A stretch of 64,000 bases of DNA from an uncultured SAR86 cluster bacterium (GCA_943788365.1 CALSPZ010000001.1:678263-742262); one strand, 5' to 3'; shown: positions 18,775 to 31,617, numbered from the stretch's first letter. A program made the numbers and translations. Notes: generated from the letters alone by a model not told the origin.

Positions 18775-19518
18775 CTAATTATTCCTATTAAATTTATTTG
18801 CTATTAAAGCAAACTTCTTACCATCCAGTGATGCTCCTCCAATAAGAGCTCCATCTACATTGCTGCATTTAAAAAAAGATCCAGCATTTTCAACATTAAC
18901 ACTCCCACCATAACAAACCTTTGGAGTGTAATTATTTGAAGTTGTCGATTGTACAACATCTTTTATATATTCGTTAATTTGATTTACATCATTTGGACTG
19001 GGAGTTTTTCCGGAACCAATTGCCCACAAAGGCTCATAAGCAATAATAATATCTTCAGGTATGCTTATGTTTTTAAGACATTCTTCAAGCTGCATCCTTA
19101 TTGTTGTATATGTTTTTTTCTCTTCAAAATCTGAAAGAGATTCACCTACGCATAAAACCGGAGTCAATTTAAAAGAAATTAAATTCTCGATCTTTTGTTT
19201 AATTAATGCATTATCTTCTTTAAAATTTTTTCTTCTTTCTGAATGGCCCACAATTGAAAAATTACAATTAAGATCGCTTAACATGGCTGAAGAAATTGAA
19301 CCAGTATTGGGACCAGAACCAGCTCCAACATCTTGAGCTCCAATTTTTATATTTTCTAGGTCATTCTGCGATATGGATTTATAAAATTTGTCTATGTATA
19401 TATGAGGTGGTGCAACTCCTACTGATGCAACATTGTCTTGAATTTGTGATTTAAAATCCTTTACCCAGCAATCAATCATCTCTTTAGATCCATTAGACTT
19501 AAAGTTAGCTATTATCAT
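18775..19518 (-). CDS. tpiA: triose-phosphate isomerase
   Basis: Motifs GHSERR and AYEPLWAIGSGKT. Confidence 0.94.
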   Translation of the reverse strand: MIIANFKSNGSKEMIDCWVKDFKSQIQDNVASVGVAPPHIYIDKFYKSISQNDLENIKIGAQDVGAGSGPNTGSISSAMLSDLNCNFSIVGHSERRKNFKEDNALIKQKIENLISFKLTPVLCVGESLSDFEEKKTYTTIRMQLEECLKNISIPEDIIIAYEPLWAIGSGKTPSPNDVNQINEYIKDVVQSTTSNNYTPKVCYGGSVNVENAGSFFKCSNVDGALIGGASLDGKKFALIANKFNRNN

Positions 19519-19524
19519 TTTTTT

Positions 19525-20847
19525 TTAAAGCTTTGATTCGATTAATTTAGAAAGATCTTTTGCGTATTTCTTGGCTGTGTTCTCATCAGTTGCTTCAACC
19601 ATTACTCTTATTTTACTCTCTGTTCCGGATGGTCTAACCAAGACTCTATCAACTGTAATATCAGATTGAGCATCAGAGATAGCAGATTGAATAGACGAAT
19701 CGTTTATAACATCCTTATTTTTTACAGGTACAGCAATATTTATTTGTGGTCTTTTATTGTAATTAGACAGAACCTCGCTAGGTGTTTTTTCTAATATCAT
19801 TAGTGAAGAAATAACTTTTAAAGCTGCAATTGTTCCATCTCCTGTACTCACTAAATCTTTGCTAATAATATGTCCCGAGGTTTCACCACCTAGCAACCAA
19901 CCTTTTTCAGAAAGTTTTTGGCTTACATATTTATCGCCGACATCAGCCCTTATGAATTTGTATCCTAATTTTTTGAGACCATCTTCAAGGCCGAAATTAC
20001 TCATTTTAGTCCCAACTACGCCTCCCCAGGGACCCACTCTGTTAGGGTTTGAAAATGCCATAATATACAGTAGATCATCTCCATCTAAAATATTTCCATC
20101 ACTATCAACTAAGATTACCCTATCCCCATCTCCATCAAGTGCAACACCATAATCTGCTCTATGCTTAATAACTTCATCTTGAAGAAGTTCAGGGTGAGTT
20201 GAGCCACAACCTTGGTTAATATTAAAGCCATCTGGATCAACTCCAATTAGAATGACCTCAGCTCCGAGTTCTTTAAATATAGCTGGGCTAACTTTATAAC
20301 AAGCCCCATGAGCGCAATCTAGGACTATCCTCAATGATGAAAAATTTAAATGAGCAGGAACAGTTGATTTACAAAATTCAATATATCGAGCGCCAGACTC
20401 ATCAAATCTCTCTGCCTTACCTATCGATGAGGTGTTAACTATATGCATTTCACCAGCTATAATTTTTTCTATTTTTTTCTCAAGATCTTTCGAAAGTTTT
20501 TCACCATTAGGCATGAATATTTTAATTCCATTATCTAAAAAATCATTATGTGAAGCGCTAATGACAAGACCAAATGCATCTCTGACTGATCTGGTAAGAT
20601 ATGCAACACCAGGTGTTGGTATGGGACCTAAAAGCTTTACATCGATACCTGCTGATATAAAGCCGGCTTGAAGTGCAGATTCAAGCATGTAACCTGAAAC
20701 TCTTGTATCCTTGCCAATCATTACGGTTTTCCAGCCAAGCTCTTTTGCAATAGTTCCTACAGCATGTCCAATTTTAAGACATGCCTCAGGAGTAATAAGA
20801 GTCTCAACAGGGCCTCTTATTCCATCTGTTCCAAATTTCAAATTCAT
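19525..20847 (-). CDS. glmM: phosphoglucosamine mutase
   Basis: Phosphoserine loop ISASHNDF, FGTDGIRG N-terminus, GDGDRV metal-binding loop. Confidence 0.95.
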   Translation of the reverse strand: MNLKFGTDGIRGPVETLITPEACLKIGHAVGTIAKELGWKTVMIGKDTRVSGYMLESALQAGFISAGIDVKLLGPIPTPGVAYLTRSVRDAFGLVISASHNDFLDNGIKIFMPNGEKLSKDLEKKIEKIIAGEMHIVNTSSIGKAERFDESGARYIEFCKSTVPAHLNFSSLRIVLDCAHGACYKVSPAIFKELGAEVILIGVDPDGFNINQGCGSTHPELLQDEVIKHRADYGVALDGDGDRVILVDSDGNILDGDDLLYIMAFSNPNRVGPWGGVVGTKMSNFGLEDGLKKLGYKFIRADVGDKYVSQKLSEKGWLLGGETSGHIISKDLVSTGDGTIAALKVISSLMILEKTPSEVLSNYNKRPQINIAVPVKNKDVINDSSIQSAISDAQSDITVDRVLVRPSGTESKIRVMVEATDENTAKKYAKDLSKLIESKL

Positions 20848-20854
20848 AATTGAA

Positions 20855-22765
20855 TTATAGCTCTTCGGCAGTACCTTTGATTGAAGTTTTTTTATCTACT
20901 TTTTTTGAAGGCTCATCATCAGACCAGCCTTTTGGCTCTCTAGGCTCAGCCCCAGCCATAATATCGTCTATCTGATTTGCATCAATTGTCTCATACTTTA
21001 AAAGCGCATCAGCCATAACATTAAGCTTATCTAGATTGCTTTTAAGCATTTCATCAGCCTTGTCGTAACAGGTACTTATAATAGATTTAATCTCTTGATC
21101 AATTAATTTAGAAGTATCTTCGCTTATTAGTTGAGATGGTGATGATGCAGATCTTCCTAAAAATGGACTTCCTTCATCCTCTCCATATTTTAATGGACCT
21201 AACTTTTCAGATAATCCCCATTTTGTAACCATATTAGTTGCAATATTTGTTGCAACCTCAATATCATTAGATGCTCCTGTGGTGATGCCATCATCTCCAT
21301 TAATAATATTCTCGGCAATTCTGCCTCCAAATAATGCACATATTCTGCTTAATAAATACTCTTTACTCTGCATATAGGTATCTTCCTCAGGAAGAAACAT
21401 GGTTACCCCAAGAGCTCTTCCTCTAGGAATTATTGTTACCTTGTACACAGGGTCATGTTTGGGTGAAAGTCGACCTACAATTGCATGACCTGCTTCATGA
21501 TATGCTGTGACTCGCTTTTGCTCTTCACTTAATATCATTGATTTTCTTTCTGCACCCATCATAATTTTATCTTTAGCTTGATCAAGATGATTTTGATCAA
21601 TTTTTTTATCAGAGTACCTCGCAGCAAACAGAGCCGCTTCATTAATTAAATTAGCTAAATCTGCACCTGAAAAACCAGGTGTTCCTCTAGCAATAACGGA
21701 TGGGTCAACATCAGCACTGATGGGTACTTTTCTCATATGAACTTTTAAAATAGCCTCTCTACCTCTTATGTCAGGTAAATCAACAACTACTTGTCTATCA
21801 AATCTTCCTGGTCTTAATAAAGCTGGATCTAAAACATCAGGCCTATTAGTTGCAGCAATAACAATCACGCCATCATTGCCCTCAAAACCATCCATTTCAA
21901 CTAAGAGCTGATTTAGGGTTTGTTCTCTTTCGTCATGGCCTCCACCAAGACCAGCGCCTCTATGACGACCAACAGCATCAATCTCATCTATAAATACAAT
22001 ACATGGTGACTGTTTTTTTGCTTGTTCAAACATATCTCTTACTCTTGAAGCGCCTACTCCAACAAACATTTCAACAAAATCAGAGCCTGAAATTGTGAAA
22101 AAAGGAACTTTTGCTTCACCAGCTACAGCTCTTGCAAGAAGTGTTTTACCTGTTCCTGGAGGGCCCACCATAAGAACACCTCTTGGTATCTTTCCACCGA
22201 GTTTTTGAAATTTTGTAGGGTCTCTTAAAAAATCTACGAGCTCTTGAACATCTTGCTTAGCTTCTTCACAGCCCGCAACATCATTAAAATTTGTTTTTAC
22301 CTTTCCCCCCTCCATGAGCTTTGCTTTGCTTTTACCAAAAGACATTGGGCCGCCTTTGCCTGACATGCCGCCTTGCATTTGCCTCATGAAAAAGAAGAAT
22401 ATCCCTAAAAGAAGAATTATTGGGAATGCCCCAACCAAAAGCTGGGATAGTATTGAAGGTTGTTCAATTTTTTCATACACAGCAATTACGCCGTTATTTT
22501 CAATTGCAGAATCAACTGCTTCATCTTTTTTGAAGATTGGATGAGTTGTTTCAAACTTGGAGCCATCTAATCTATCTCCAATAATTGTCATTTGATCGCC
22601 TTTATAAACTACCTTTGCGATACTGTCAGATAAGACCTCTTCTTTAAATTGACTATAACTAATTTGCTCTCTCGTGTTTGAGTTCTCAATATTGTTAAAT
22701 ACAAATATTAAAAAAGAACCCAAGATCATCCATACAAATAAATTTCTAACTATGCTATTCATCAT
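20855..22765 (-). CDS. ftsH: ATP-dependent zinc metalloprotease FtsH
   Basis: Walker [12 protein letters not shown] region, zinc motif HEAGHA, two N-terminal TM segments. Confidence 0.97.
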   Translation of the reverse strand: MMNSIVRNLFVWMILGSFLIFVFNNIENSNTREQISYSQFKEEVLSDSIAKVVYKGDQMTIIGDRLDGSKFETTHPIFKKDEAVDSAIENNGVIAVYEKIEQPSILSQLLVGAFPIILLLGIFFFFMRQMQGGMSGKGGPMSFGKSKAKLMEGGKVKTNFNDVAGCEEAKQDVQELVDFLRDPTKFQKLGGKIPRGVLMVGPPGTGKTLLARAVAGEAKVPFFTISGSDFVEMFVGVGASRVRDMFEQAKKQSPCIVFIDEIDAVGRHRGAGLGGGHDEREQTLNQLLVEMDGFEGNDGVIVIAATNRPDVLDPALLRPGRFDRQVVVDLPDIRGREAILKVHMRKVPISADVDPSVIARGTPGFSGADLANLINEAALFAARYSDKKIDQNHLDQAKDKIMMGAERKSMILSEEQKRVTAYHEAGHAIVGRLSPKHDPVYKVTIIPRGRALGVTMFLPEEDTYMQSKEYLLSRICALFGGRIAENIINGDDGITTGASNDIEVATNIATNMVTKWGLSEKLGPLKYGEDEGSPFLGRSASSPSQLISEDTSKLIDQEIKSIISTCYDKADEMLKSNLDKLNVMADALLKYETIDANQIDDIMAGAEPREPKGWSDDEPSKKVDKKTSIKGTAEEL

Positions 22766-23334
22766 TGTTTTTTAGCTCCATACAAATATATTTCTGCCGA
22801 TTGTTTTTTAGAAGCGGCAGGTTTGAAAGTTTGGACTGTCTTAAATAACAAGCCCATTTCTTTTCTAAGACCCTTAAACATACTGTTTTGAAAGGTCTTA
22901 ATTATAAATTTACCATTATTATTTTCTACATATCTATGAGCTGCTCTTAAAGTAAGCAAATTCAATTCATAAATATTTTCAATATCAACTGTATTTATAC
23001 CAGTAATGTTTGGGGCTATGTCAGAAATTACAAGATTAAATTTACCTTTCAATTGATTTATTTGTGGTATTTCGTCAATAAGCTCTATGCTTTTTTGAAA
23101 GAAATTTACTCCTGCTATGTCTTCCATTTCGAGTATATCAATTGCATAAATTTCTGATTTAGGTAATTTTAATTTTAAATAATGAGACCACCCTCCTGGA
23201 GCAGACCCTATATCTAAGATTTTTTGAGTTCCTTTAAGTGAGTTTGTTTTAATTAAAATCTCTTCAAGCTTGAAGACGGCCCTAGTTTTAAAACCAGATT
23301 GTTTTGCCTTAATAGCCCATTTGTCTGCATGCAT
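22762..23334 (-). CDS. rlmE: 23S rRNA (uridine2552-2'-O)-methyltransferase
   Basis: SAM motif [10 protein letters not shown]; upstream of ftsH with a 4-nt overlap. The N-terminus looks about 20 aa shorter than the E. coli protein. Confidence 0.9.
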   Translation of the reverse strand: MHADKWAIKAKQSGFKTRAVFKLEEILIKTNSLKGTQKILDIGSAPGGWSHYLKLKLPKSEIYAIDILEMEDIAGVNFFQKSIELIDEIPQINQLKGKFNLVISDIAPNITGINTVDIENIYELNLLTLRAAHRYVENNNGKFIIKTFQNSMFKGLRKEMGLLFKTVQTFKPAASKKQSAEIYLYGAKKQ

Positions 23335-23810
23335 TATAAATGCTTTACATCTATGACTTCAAAATTAAGTTTTTTAGACGGAGTATCAATTATTAATTCG
23401 TCATCCACATGCTTCCCAATTAAGCCCTTTGCTATAGGAGTATCTATTGAAATTTTTCCAGCATCTGGATCTGATTCAAGATTACCCACTATTTTGTATG
23501 TAATCTCCCTATCTTCGTCAATATTATAAAGGGTTACAGTTGAACCAAAAATAACCCTACCTGTCTCCGGAATGTCTTTTACATCAATTACTTGAGCGCT
23601 AGATAGAGCGCTCTCAATTTCGTTTATCTTTGCCTCAACAAGACCTTGAAGCTCTTTTGCAGCATGGTACTCTGCATTTTCTTTTAAATCCCCATGGGCT
23701 CTTGCTTCAGCAATAGCTTCAGAAATTTTAGGCCTCTCAATAAACTTCAGCTGAGATAATTTTTCTTTTATGGCCTTTTCACCATCTTTAGTAATAGGAA
23801 CTGAATTCAT
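23334..23810 (-). CDS. greA: transcription elongation factor GreA
   Basis: 158 aa with the coiled-coil N-terminal half (EARAHGDLKENAEYHAAKE) and an FKBP-like C-terminal half. Confidence 0.94.
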   Translation of the reverse strand: MNSVPITKDGEKAIKEKLSQLKFIERPKISEAIAEARAHGDLKENAEYHAAKELQGLVEAKINEIESALSSAQVIDVKDIPETGRVIFGSTVTLYNIDEDREITYKIVGNLESDPDAGKISIDTPIAKGLIGKHVDDELIIDTPSKKLNFEVIDVKHL

Positions 23811-23837
23811 AATATTATTATAACAAGATATTTGAAA

Positions 23838-26800
23838 CTAATTAATTTCTTGTAATGAAGAGTAATCCCAATCGTCTTCATGGGTATTTAAAGCTTCCAT
23901 TATAGCAAAAGCTCCAAACATGGTTGTGGTGCAGAAAGTCTTAGTTCTTAATGCAGATTGTCTTATGGATGAAGAATCTTCTATTGATTGCTTGCCTTCA
24001 GTCGTATTTATAACTAAATCAATCTCATTATTTAATAGACTATCGACTGTATGAGGTCTTCCCTCATTAACTTTATTAATTTTCTTTACTTCAAAACCTA
24101 AATCTGAAATATATTTAGCAGTGCCGCCTGTAGCAATAAGGTTGAAATTATTTTTTATAATTAAAGGTATTAAATTATTTAAATATTTTTTATCGGCATC
24201 TTTAACACTTATAAATACATCACCTCCAAGAGGAATATTCTTACCTGCTCCTCTTTGGGCTTTTGCATATGCTTCACCAAAATTTCTACCAATCCCCATA
24301 ACCTCGCCTGTAGATTTCATCTCTGGGCCAAGTATTGGATCTACCAAAGGAAATTTATCAAAAGGAAGTACTGCCTCTTTTACAAAAAATAAGCCCTCTG
24401 GAAGTTTGGCTGAAAAGTTTTGATCGATTAAAGATTTGCCTATCATTGCTTTTGATGCAACTTTTACAAGAGAGTGTCCTATAGCTTTAGATATAAAAGG
24501 AACTGTTCTAGATGCTCTTGGATTAACTTCTATTATATATATTTCATTGCTCTTAACAGCAAATTGAATATTCATAAGACCTATAATATTCAGCTCCTTA
24601 GCAATTTTTATTGATTGATCTTCAATGCGCTCCTGTATATCCGCTGATAGACTATATGGGGGTAAAGAGCATGCTGAATCTCCTGAATGAATGCCTGCTT
24701 GCTCTATATGCTGAAGTATTCCACCTATTTGGATATTTTCACCATCAGACACTACATCCACATCCACCTCTATTGCGTCTGTTAAATATCTATCGAGTAA
24801 AACTGGTTTGCTATTAGATACCTCAACTGCATCAGTTAAATAAGAGTCTAATTCATTTTTATTATGGACAAGTTGCATAGCTCGTCCTCCAAGAACATAT
24901 GACGGTCTTACAACAATTGGGAAGCCAATTTTTTCAGATGCCTTAAGAGCCTCTTCTTTATTTTTAACAGTAGCGTTATTTGGTTGAGTTAGATCAAGCT
25001 TTTGAATTAGCTCCTGGAATCGCTCTCTATCTTCAGATCTATCTATTGCATCAACATCAGTTCCAAGTATCTTTATTCCCCTCTCAGCAAGAGTGTCGGC
25101 TAACTTTAATGGAGTTTGGCCGCCAAATTGTATTATCACACCATCAGGAGACTCAATATCTATAATATCTAAGATTTTTTCAGAAGTAATTGGTTCAAAA
25201 TAGAGTCTATCTGAAATATCAAAATCTGTAGATACAGTTTCAGGGTTGCAGTTAACCATAATTGACTCTATTTGCTCTTCTTGCATTGCGAGAGATGCAT
25301 GGACGCAGCAATAATCAAATTCAATACCTTGACCAATTCTATTAGGGCCGCTCCCCAAAACCATAATTTTCTTATTTTTAGTTGGATTGCTCTCGCACTT
25401 TTCACCATATGAGGAGTACATATAGCAAGTTGAAGTTGAAAATTCTGCCGCACAAGTATCGACTCTTTTAAATATTGGTAACACCCCTATAGATTTTCTA
25501 TGGTCCCTTACAATTCTTTCTGATGAATTGGTTAGAAAGGCTAGCCTAGAATCTGAAAAACCTTTTTTCTTAAGTGAGATAAGCTCATTTTTATCAAGTG
25601 TGGCTATGTCTCTTTTAGTTGTTAGTTTTTCAATTTTTATAATTTCAGCAAGTTGATCAAGAAACCAATAGTCTATCTTGGTGAGGTCATAGATTTTTTC
25701 ATTGCTCCACCCCATTCTCATTGCATCTGTAACATAAAAAAGTCTATTTGGGCCTGGGAATGAGAGCTGATACTTTAATTCATTTTCTGAATCGGGATTG
25801 TCAGTGTCCAAAATAGAGTTAAAACCATCGAGATCTTCTTCCATACTACAAATTGCTTTTTGAATAGATTCTTGAAAATTGCCTCCCATGGCCATAACCT
25901 CTCCAACAGACTTCATTTGAGTTGTTAATCTTGAGTTAGCCTCAGGAAATTTTTCAAAAGCAAATTTTGGAATCTTTGTAACAATATAATCAATGCTTGG
26001 TTCGAATGATGCTGGTGTTAAACCGCCTGTAATATCATTTTTAAGCTCATCTAATGTAAAACCAACAGACAATAATGCAGCAACTTTAGCAATTGGAAAT
26101 CCAGTGGCTTTTGATGCAAGCGCAGAGGACCTACTTACACGAGGGTTCATTTCTATTACAACCATTTTTCCATTATCTGGATTTACAGCAAACTGGACAT
26201 TAGATCCTCCAGTTTCAACGCCAATCTCTCTAAGAATTTTAAATGAAGCATTTCGCATTATTTGATATTCTTTATCAGTCAAAGTTTGTGCAGGAGCAAT
26301 GGTTATTGAGTCTCCTGTGTGAACACCCATTGGATCCAGATTTTCAATTGAGCATATTATGATACAGTTATCATTTTTATCTCTTACAACCTCCATTTCA
26401 TACTCTTTCCAACCAATTAATGACTCATCAATTAATAGTTCAGTTGTTGGAGATAGTTCTAGGCCTTTTTCACATATTTTCTTAAACTCATTGATATTAT
26501 AAGCAATTCCCCCTCCCGTACCTCCCATTGTAAATGAGGGTCTGATAATGCAGGGGAATCCAATTTTTTCCTGAACAAGCAAAGCATCTTCCATAGAATG
26601 AGCAATTCCAGAATTTGGAGTATCAATATTTATTGATTTCATTGTCTTATCAAAGAGCTCTCTATCCTCTGCCTTGTCGATAGCTTCTTTATTTGCTCCA
26701 ATAAGAATTACTCCATACTTCTCAAGCACACCCTCTTTTGCAAGAGATAACGCTGTATTAAGAGCTGTTTGCCCTCCCATTGTAGGTAAAATTGCATCAG

Positions 26801-27047
26801 GTTTTTCTTTCTCAATAATTTTTTCAACAGACTTCCAATTAATAGGTTCAATATAAGTTGCATCTGCCATTAATGGGTCGGTCATTATTGTTGCTGGATT
26901 AGAGTTAACAAGAATTACTCTAAAGCCCTCATCTTTTAGTGCCTTGCAAGCTTGTGCGCCAGAATAATCAAATTCGCAAGCCTGCCCAATAATAATAGGC
27001 CCTGCTCCAATGATTAGTATTGAAGATATATCCTTACGTTTTGGCAT
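23838..27047 (-). CDS. carB: carbamoyl-phosphate synthase large subunit
   Basis: 1069 aa with duplicated ATP-grasp halves and a C-terminal MGS-like domain; carA-carB overlap. Confidence 0.97.
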   Translation of the reverse strand: MPKRKDISSILIIGAGPIIIGQACEFDYSGAQACKALKDEGFRVILVNSNPATIMTDPLMADATYIEPINWKSVEKIIEKEKPDAILPTMGGQTALNTALSLAKEGVLEKYGVILIGANKEAIDKAEDRELFDKTMKSINIDTPNSGIAHSMEDALLVQEKIGFPCIIRPSFTMGGTGGGIAYNINEFKKICEKGLELSPTTELLIDESLIGWKEYEMEVVRDKNDNCIIICSIENLDPMGVHTGDSITIAPAQTLTDKEYQIMRNASFKILREIGVETGGSNVQFAVNPDNGKMVVIEMNPRVSRSSALASKATGFPIAKVAALLSVGFTLDELKNDITGGLTPASFEPSIDYIVTKIPKFAFEKFPEANSRLTTQMKSVGEVMAMGGNFQESIQKAICSMEEDLDGFNSILDTDNPDSENELKYQLSFPGPNRLFYVTDAMRMGWSNEKIYDLTKIDYWFLDQLAEIIKIEKLTTKRDIATLDKNELISLKKKGFSDSRLAFLTNSSERIVRDHRKSIGVLPIFKRVDTCAAEFSTSTCYMYSSYGEKCESNPTKNKKIMVLGSGPNRIGQGIEFDYCCVHASLAMQEEQIESIMVNCNPETVSTDFDISDRLYFEPITSEKILDIIDIESPDGVIIQFGGQTPLKLADTLAERGIKILGTDVDAIDRSEDRERFQELIQKLDLTQPNNATVKNKEEALKASEKIGFPIVVRPSYVLGGRAMQLVHNKNELDSYLTDAVEVSNSKPVLLDRYLTDAIEVDVDVVSDGENIQIGGILQHIEQAGIHSGDSACSLPPYSLSADIQERIEDQSIKIAKELNIIGLMNIQFAVKSNEIYIIEVNPRASRTVPFISKAIGHSLVKVASKAMIGKSLIDQNFSAKLPEGLFFVKEAVLPFDKFPLVDPILGPEMKSTGEVMGIGRNFGEAYAKAQRGAGKNIPLGGDVFISVKDADKKYLNNLIPLIIKNNFNLIATGGTAKYISDLGFEVKKINKVNEGRPHTVDSLLNNEIDLVINTTEGKQSIEDSSSIRQSALRTKTFCTTTMFGAFAIMEALNTHEDDWDYSSLQEIN

Positions 27048-28155
27048 AGTCTTCCACCATTAATCTAAATTTGTTAAATAGCACCTGTATTTCCTGAGGA
27101 CCTGGACTTGCTTCTGGGTGTCCCTGGAAACTAAATGCAGGATTATCTTTAAATTCTATACCTTGAAGAGAGTTGTCAAAGAGAGATATGTGTGTAGGTA
27201 TAATATTGTCTGGTAGTGTTTTGGCATCAACAGAAAAGCCATGATTCTGGCTAGTTATAAAAACTTCTTTAGTCGCTATGTCTTGAACAGGATGATTTGC
27301 TCCGTGATGTCCAAACTTCATCTTATAAGTTTTAGCACCAGCTGCAATCGATAGTAATTGGTGTCCCAAACAAATTCCAAAAATCGGTATTCCTGCTTTT
27401 AGAAATAATCTTATATTATCAATTGCATATGAGCATGGCTCAGGATCTCCAGGGCCATTTGAAAGAAAAATTCCATTTGGAGATTTTTTCATTATTTCTT
27501 CGAAAGAGGTCTTTGCGCATACCACATCAACCTTTCCAACGGAGTCAGACAGCAACCTTAAAATATTTTTTTTAATCCCAAAGTCATAGGCAACAACATT
27601 AAGGTCCTTTTCGCTTTCAAGATAATCAGGCCAAGTACCCTCTATCCAGCCGTATGCATCTTTTGTTGATACTACTTTTGCAAGATCTAATCCGGACAGG
27701 CCATCAAATCCTTGAGCTTTCTTAATAGCATCTTCTTTATTAATTTTATTAAGAGAGCCAATACAACAACCCATTGACCCCTTCTCTCTTATTAAAGCGG
27801 TTAGATTTCTTGTATCAATTCCAGAAATTGCCATAGAGTTATTTTTTACTAGGAATTCTTCTAATGATTGAGAGCTCCTCCAGTTAGAAGGCTTAGAGCA
27901 GAAGTTTTTAACAACTATGCCACATGCATGAATTTTTTCAGATTCATAATCTTCAATATTAATCCCAGTATTTCCAATATGAGGATGTGTAAAAGTAATA
28001 ATTTGTTTTTTATAAGAAGGATCAGTGATTATTTCTTGATAGCCTGACATTGATGTATTAAAAACAATTTCTCCAACATCAACAATTTCACTTCCAAAAC
28101 CCTCTCCATAGAAAATAGTTCCATCTTCTAGTGCCAATATAGAATTAAAAGGCAT
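27034..28155 (-). CDS. carA: carbamoyl-phosphate synthase small (glutamine amidotransferase) subunit
   Basis: GATase catalytic motif GICLGHQ, later HP(E) triad region ([11 protein letters not shown]). Confidence 0.96.
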   Translation of the reverse strand: MPFNSILALEDGTIFYGEGFGSEIVDVGEIVFNTSMSGYQEIITDPSYKKQIITFTHPHIGNTGINIEDYESEKIHACGIVVKNFCSKPSNWRSSQSLEEFLVKNNSMAISGIDTRNLTALIREKGSMGCCIGSLNKINKEDAIKKAQGFDGLSGLDLAKVVSTKDAYGWIEGTWPDYLESEKDLNVVAYDFGIKKNILRLLSDSVGKVDVVCAKTSFEEIMKKSPNGIFLSNGPGDPEPCSYAIDNIRLFLKAGIPIFGICLGHQLLSIAAGAKTYKMKFGHHGANHPVQDIATKEVFITSQNHGFSVDAKTLPDNIIPTHISLFDNSLQGIEFKDNPAFSFQGHPEASPGPQEIQVLFNKFRLMVEDYAKT

Positions 28156-28306
28156 TATAATAAGCCCTGAAGAGTTTTAGATAAAAAAGAGTTAGAAACT
28201 TTTATAGAAGATTTTTCGGATTTTAATGGGCTAAAATTATGAGCTAGCATTAAAATTGTACTTTATAGACTTAGTCGCTTTATGTCTATGTTTTTCTGAG
28301 AAAAAA

Positions 28307-29077
28307 ATGAAAATAACAATAAAAAATAAAGAAGAAATTAACAAAATGAGAGTTGCAGGAAAATTAGCTGCAGAGGTTCTTGAAATGATTACTCCATTTG
28401 TAGTTCCTGGAGTTTCAACTGGTGAGCTTGATGATATTTGTTACAAATATATAACGGAGGTACAAAAATCAATTCCTGCTAATGTTGGGTATAGAGGTTA
28501 TGAAAAAACAATATGCTCAAGTGTAAATCAAGTAATTTGTCATGGCATACCAGATAAAAATAAGATTCTTAAAAATGGTGATATTTTAAATATAGATGTC
28601 ACAGTCATTAAAGATGGTTGGCATGGCGATACATCTAAAATGTTCTTAGTAGGCAAATGTCAGCCGCATAATGAAAGATTGGTTAAAATTACACAAGAGT
28701 GCTTATATAAAGCAATAGAGATTGTTAAACCAGGAGCTTATCTAGGAGATATAGGTAATATTATCCAAAAACATGCTGAATCAAATTATTATTCAGTTGT
28801 TGAGGACTATTGTGGGCATGGCATTGGTACTGTCTATCATGAAGAACCTCAAGTTCTTCATTATGGGAATCCAAATACTGGAATTCAGCTAAAAGAAGGC
28901 ATGTGTTTTACTATAGAGCCAATGATCAATCAAGGATCAAAGTATACAAAATCACTAAGTGATGGTTGGACTGTTGAAACTAAAGATGGTCGAAACTCTG
29001 CTCAATGGGAGCATACCTTGGCTGTAACTAATGACGGCGTAGAAGTCCTTACAAAAAGATCTGAAGAGTCCATATGA
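28307..29077 (+). CDS. map: type I methionine aminopeptidase
   Basis: Family N-terminus MKITIKNKEEINKMRVAG at ATG 28307; the track ORF from 28256 adds a hydrophobic, non-homologous extension. Metal ligands lie in conserved contexts (DVTVIKDGWHGD, CGHGIG, FTIEPM, QWEHT). Confidence 0.93.
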   Translation: MKITIKNKEEINKMRVAGKLAAEVLEMITPFVVPGVSTGELDDICYKYITEVQKSIPANVGYRGYEKTICSSVNQVICHGIPDKNKILKNGDILNIDVTVIKDGWHGDTSKMFLVGKCQPHNERLVKITQECLYKAIEIVKPGAYLGDIGNIIQKHAESNYYSVVEDYCGHGIGTVYHEEPQVLHYGNPNTGIQLKEGMCFTIEPMINQGSKYTKSLSDGWTVETKDGRNSAQWEHTLAVTNDGVEVLTKRSEESI

Positions 29078-31587
29078 ATGAAAGGATTGCCCTTTTAAAT
29101 CAAGATTTTTGGGATAATTTTTCATCAATATATTTGAATCCAAAAAAAACAAATGATTATCTAAATAAGATTTGCAAACATGTAGAGAGTAAAGTTATTA
29201 AAGATTTTAAATCAGCAGGCTTGCAGAAAAATTATTCACTTTTTGCAATTGGTGGTTTTGGTAAAAAGGAGATGTTTCCTTCATCCGATATTGATATTTC
29301 AATTATAAAAAAAAATAAAGATAAGACTAAGGAATCTGATCTAGAAGATTTTATTGCAAGTCTCTGGGATACGGGTTTCAAGATTGGTTGTTCAGTTAGG
29401 TCTATAAATGAATTAAAAAAAATAGTTAAAGAGGATGAGAAAGAACTTACTTCATACTTAAGTATAAGGTCATTGATATCATCAGAGAATGAATGCAAAA
29501 GAATAAAAAAAATTATCAGTCAAGCATGGAGCAAGAAAAGATATTTTAAAGCTAAATCTCAGGAGCAATTATATAGACATACATCATTTGACTCATCAGC
29601 CTTTAGTTTAGAACCAGATTTAAAAGAGTCTCCGGGAGCTATGAGAGATTTTCATAATTCAGAATGGATTCTTAGTTATTGTTTTGGTTTGAGTAATTAT
29701 AATCAAATAAGATCGTGCAATACGTTTAGGGAAGATTTTAATTCAGCTCTTACCTCCTATGAATTCATAAAAACACTCAGATATGCCACAAATATATGCT
29801 CAAAAAATAAAAATAGGTTAAATTTTGAATCCCAGATAGATATAGCCAAGCAGTCAATAAAAAAAGATTTAAACTATAAAGATAAAGTAGAAACAGTGAT
29901 GAAGAGTTTTTACTTTCATGTTCAAAATATATCTAGTTTTAATGAGATGGTTTCACAAAGATTTATTGAGCAAGGTTTAATAGGATTGAAAAGGAAAAAG
30001 GGAGCTTTTTATCTTAAAAAAAATCAAATTGGACTTCTTGAGCTCGAACTAACCTCTAAAAATAGAGAGCTAATATTTGATATATTTATTGAGCTTGGGA
30101 GCAACAAGAAGATAAATGAAATCAATTCCCAAACCATATCCCTTTTAAAGAAATCTAATAAGTTAATAAATAATTCCTTTAAAAAAGATAAAGGTATATC
30201 TAAAAAATTTATTGAAATACTTAAATCTGAATATAACCTATCATCAATTCTAAGGATGATGAAAACTGTTGGTGTTCTGCAATCATATGTACCAGATTTT
30301 GCCGAGATAGTTGGCCAGATGCAGTTTGATTTATTTCATATTTATACTGTTGATGAGCATACCTTTAAATTATTAAGAAATATGAGGCAAATGAAAATTG
30401 CTGACTCAGCAGAGTTTAATCTTGAAAATGAGCTAATAAAAAAAATACCTAAAATAGAAGTGCTTTATATAGCTGGTTTGTTTCATGATCTAGGAAAAGG
30501 TAAAGGTGGTAATCACTCAGATATTGGAGCAAAAATTAGCTTAGATTTTGCAAAAAGATTAGGTTTATCATTGGCAGACTCAGATTTAATTTCTTGGCTT
30601 GTGCTCAATCACTTGAAGATGTCATCAATTTCACAACGACAGGATATAAGTGATCCAAAAACCATATCTGATTTTGCTAAAATTGTACTTAACACCGAAA
30701 GGCTGGACTATCTATATCTACTTACAATTAACGATATTAGATCTACAAATCCAAATTTATGGAATGCTTGGAAGCATGGCTTATTAAAAGATCTGTTCCT
30801 TGCAACAAGATCTTTTTTAAATAAAGAGCCCATCAAAACATCTAAAGAAATTTCTAAAGACAGACAAGCCTTTGTATATAAGCTTATTAAAAAAACTGAC
30901 CATGCCGCTCTGCAAAGTATTTGGTCAAACTTTGATGATGCATTTTTTAATAAACATTCTTCGGAAACATTAAAATGGCAAAGCGACCTGATTTTATCTT
31001 CTACCAGAAATGATATTAGGGTTGCATGCAGAAAACGGTATGATAATTTTCTCGAGATATTTATCTATGTTGATAATGCAGATGGTTTATTTTTAAAGCT
31101 TGTGGAAGTGCTTGATAATGTTGGGCTTGAAGTTATTGATGCAAGTATATGTTCGAGCATTGATAATAAAGTAGCGCTTAATACCTTTATTACTAAATTC
31201 CACTCACATGACAACCCTCTATTAATAAGTGAAATAGATGCTATAACAAAAAAAATTAAAAATAATTTTAATAATTTTACTCCTTCAAGCAATTCAGCGA
31301 AGGTAAAAATTAAAAATAGCGCTTTTAAAAATTCATCTAGAATAAGTAATATTGAAGATGTTAATCGAAAAAAGAATTTGCTTACTGTAGAAGCTCTTAA
31401 CTCAGCAGGCTTGTTAATAAAAATTGCAAAAACCTTTAATGAGCACGGAATTTCTATTCACTCTGCAAGAATAAATACCTTGGGTGAGAAAGTAGAAGAT
31501 ACTTTTGAGGTTGAAGATTTTACAATATCAAGCGTATCTCAAAATAAAATTAATAAAATTTCATCTGTATTGGAAAAGATCATATAA
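29074..31587 (+). CDS. glnD: [protein-PII] uridylyltransferase / uridylyl-removing enzyme
   Basis: 837 aa with an N-terminal nucleotidyltransferase domain (GGFGKKEMFPSSDID), HD domain (FHDLGKG) and two C-terminal ACT-like domains. ATGA overlap with map, as in the map-glnD-dapD arrangement. Confidence 0.93.
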   Translation: MNERIALLNQDFWDNFSSIYLNPKKTNDYLNKICKHVESKVIKDFKSAGLQKNYSLFAIGGFGKKEMFPSSDIDISIIKKNKDKTKESDLEDFIASLWDTGFKIGCSVRSINELKKIVKEDEKELTSYLSIRSLISSENECKRIKKIISQAWSKKRYFKAKSQEQLYRHTSFDSSAFSLEPDLKESPGAMRDFHNSEWILSYCFGLSNYNQIRSCNTFREDFNSALTSYEFIKTLRYATNICSKNKNRLNFESQIDIAKQSIKKDLNYKDKVETVMKSFYFHVQNISSFNEMVSQRFIEQGLIGLKRKKGAFYLKKNQIGLLELELTSKNRELIFDIFIELGSNKKINEINSQTISLLKKSNKLINNSFKKDKGISKKFIEILKSEYNLSSILRMMKTVGVLQSYVPDFAEIVGQMQFDLFHIYTVDEHTFKLLRNMRQMKIADSAEFNLENELIKKIPKIEVLYIAGLFHDLGKGKGGNHSDIGAKISLDFAKRLGLSLADSDLISWLVLNHLKMSSISQRQDISDPKTISDFAKIVLNTERLDYLYLLTINDIRSTNPNLWNAWKHGLLKDLFLATRSFLNKEPIKTSKEISKDRQAFVYKLIKKTDHAALQSIWSNFDDAFFNKHSSETLKWQSDLILSSTRNDIRVACRKRYDNFLEIFIYVDNADGLFLKLVEVLDNVGLEVIDASICSSIDNKVALNTFITKFHSHDNPLLISEIDAITKKIKNNFNNFTPSSNSAKVKIKNSAFKNSSRISNIEDVNRKKNLLTVEALNSAGLLIKIAKTFNEHGISIHSARINTLGEKVEDTFEVEDFTISSVSQNKINKISSVLEKII

Positions 31588-31617
31588 ATTAATATTTCTT
31601 CAACCTATAATAAGCTT

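Noticed and set aside
28256-28306. A 17-codon N-terminal extension of map in the track ORF.
   Set aside because: The extension (MYFIDLVALCLCFSEKK) is hydrophobic and non-homologous. ATG 28307 reproduces the canonical MetAP N-terminus.
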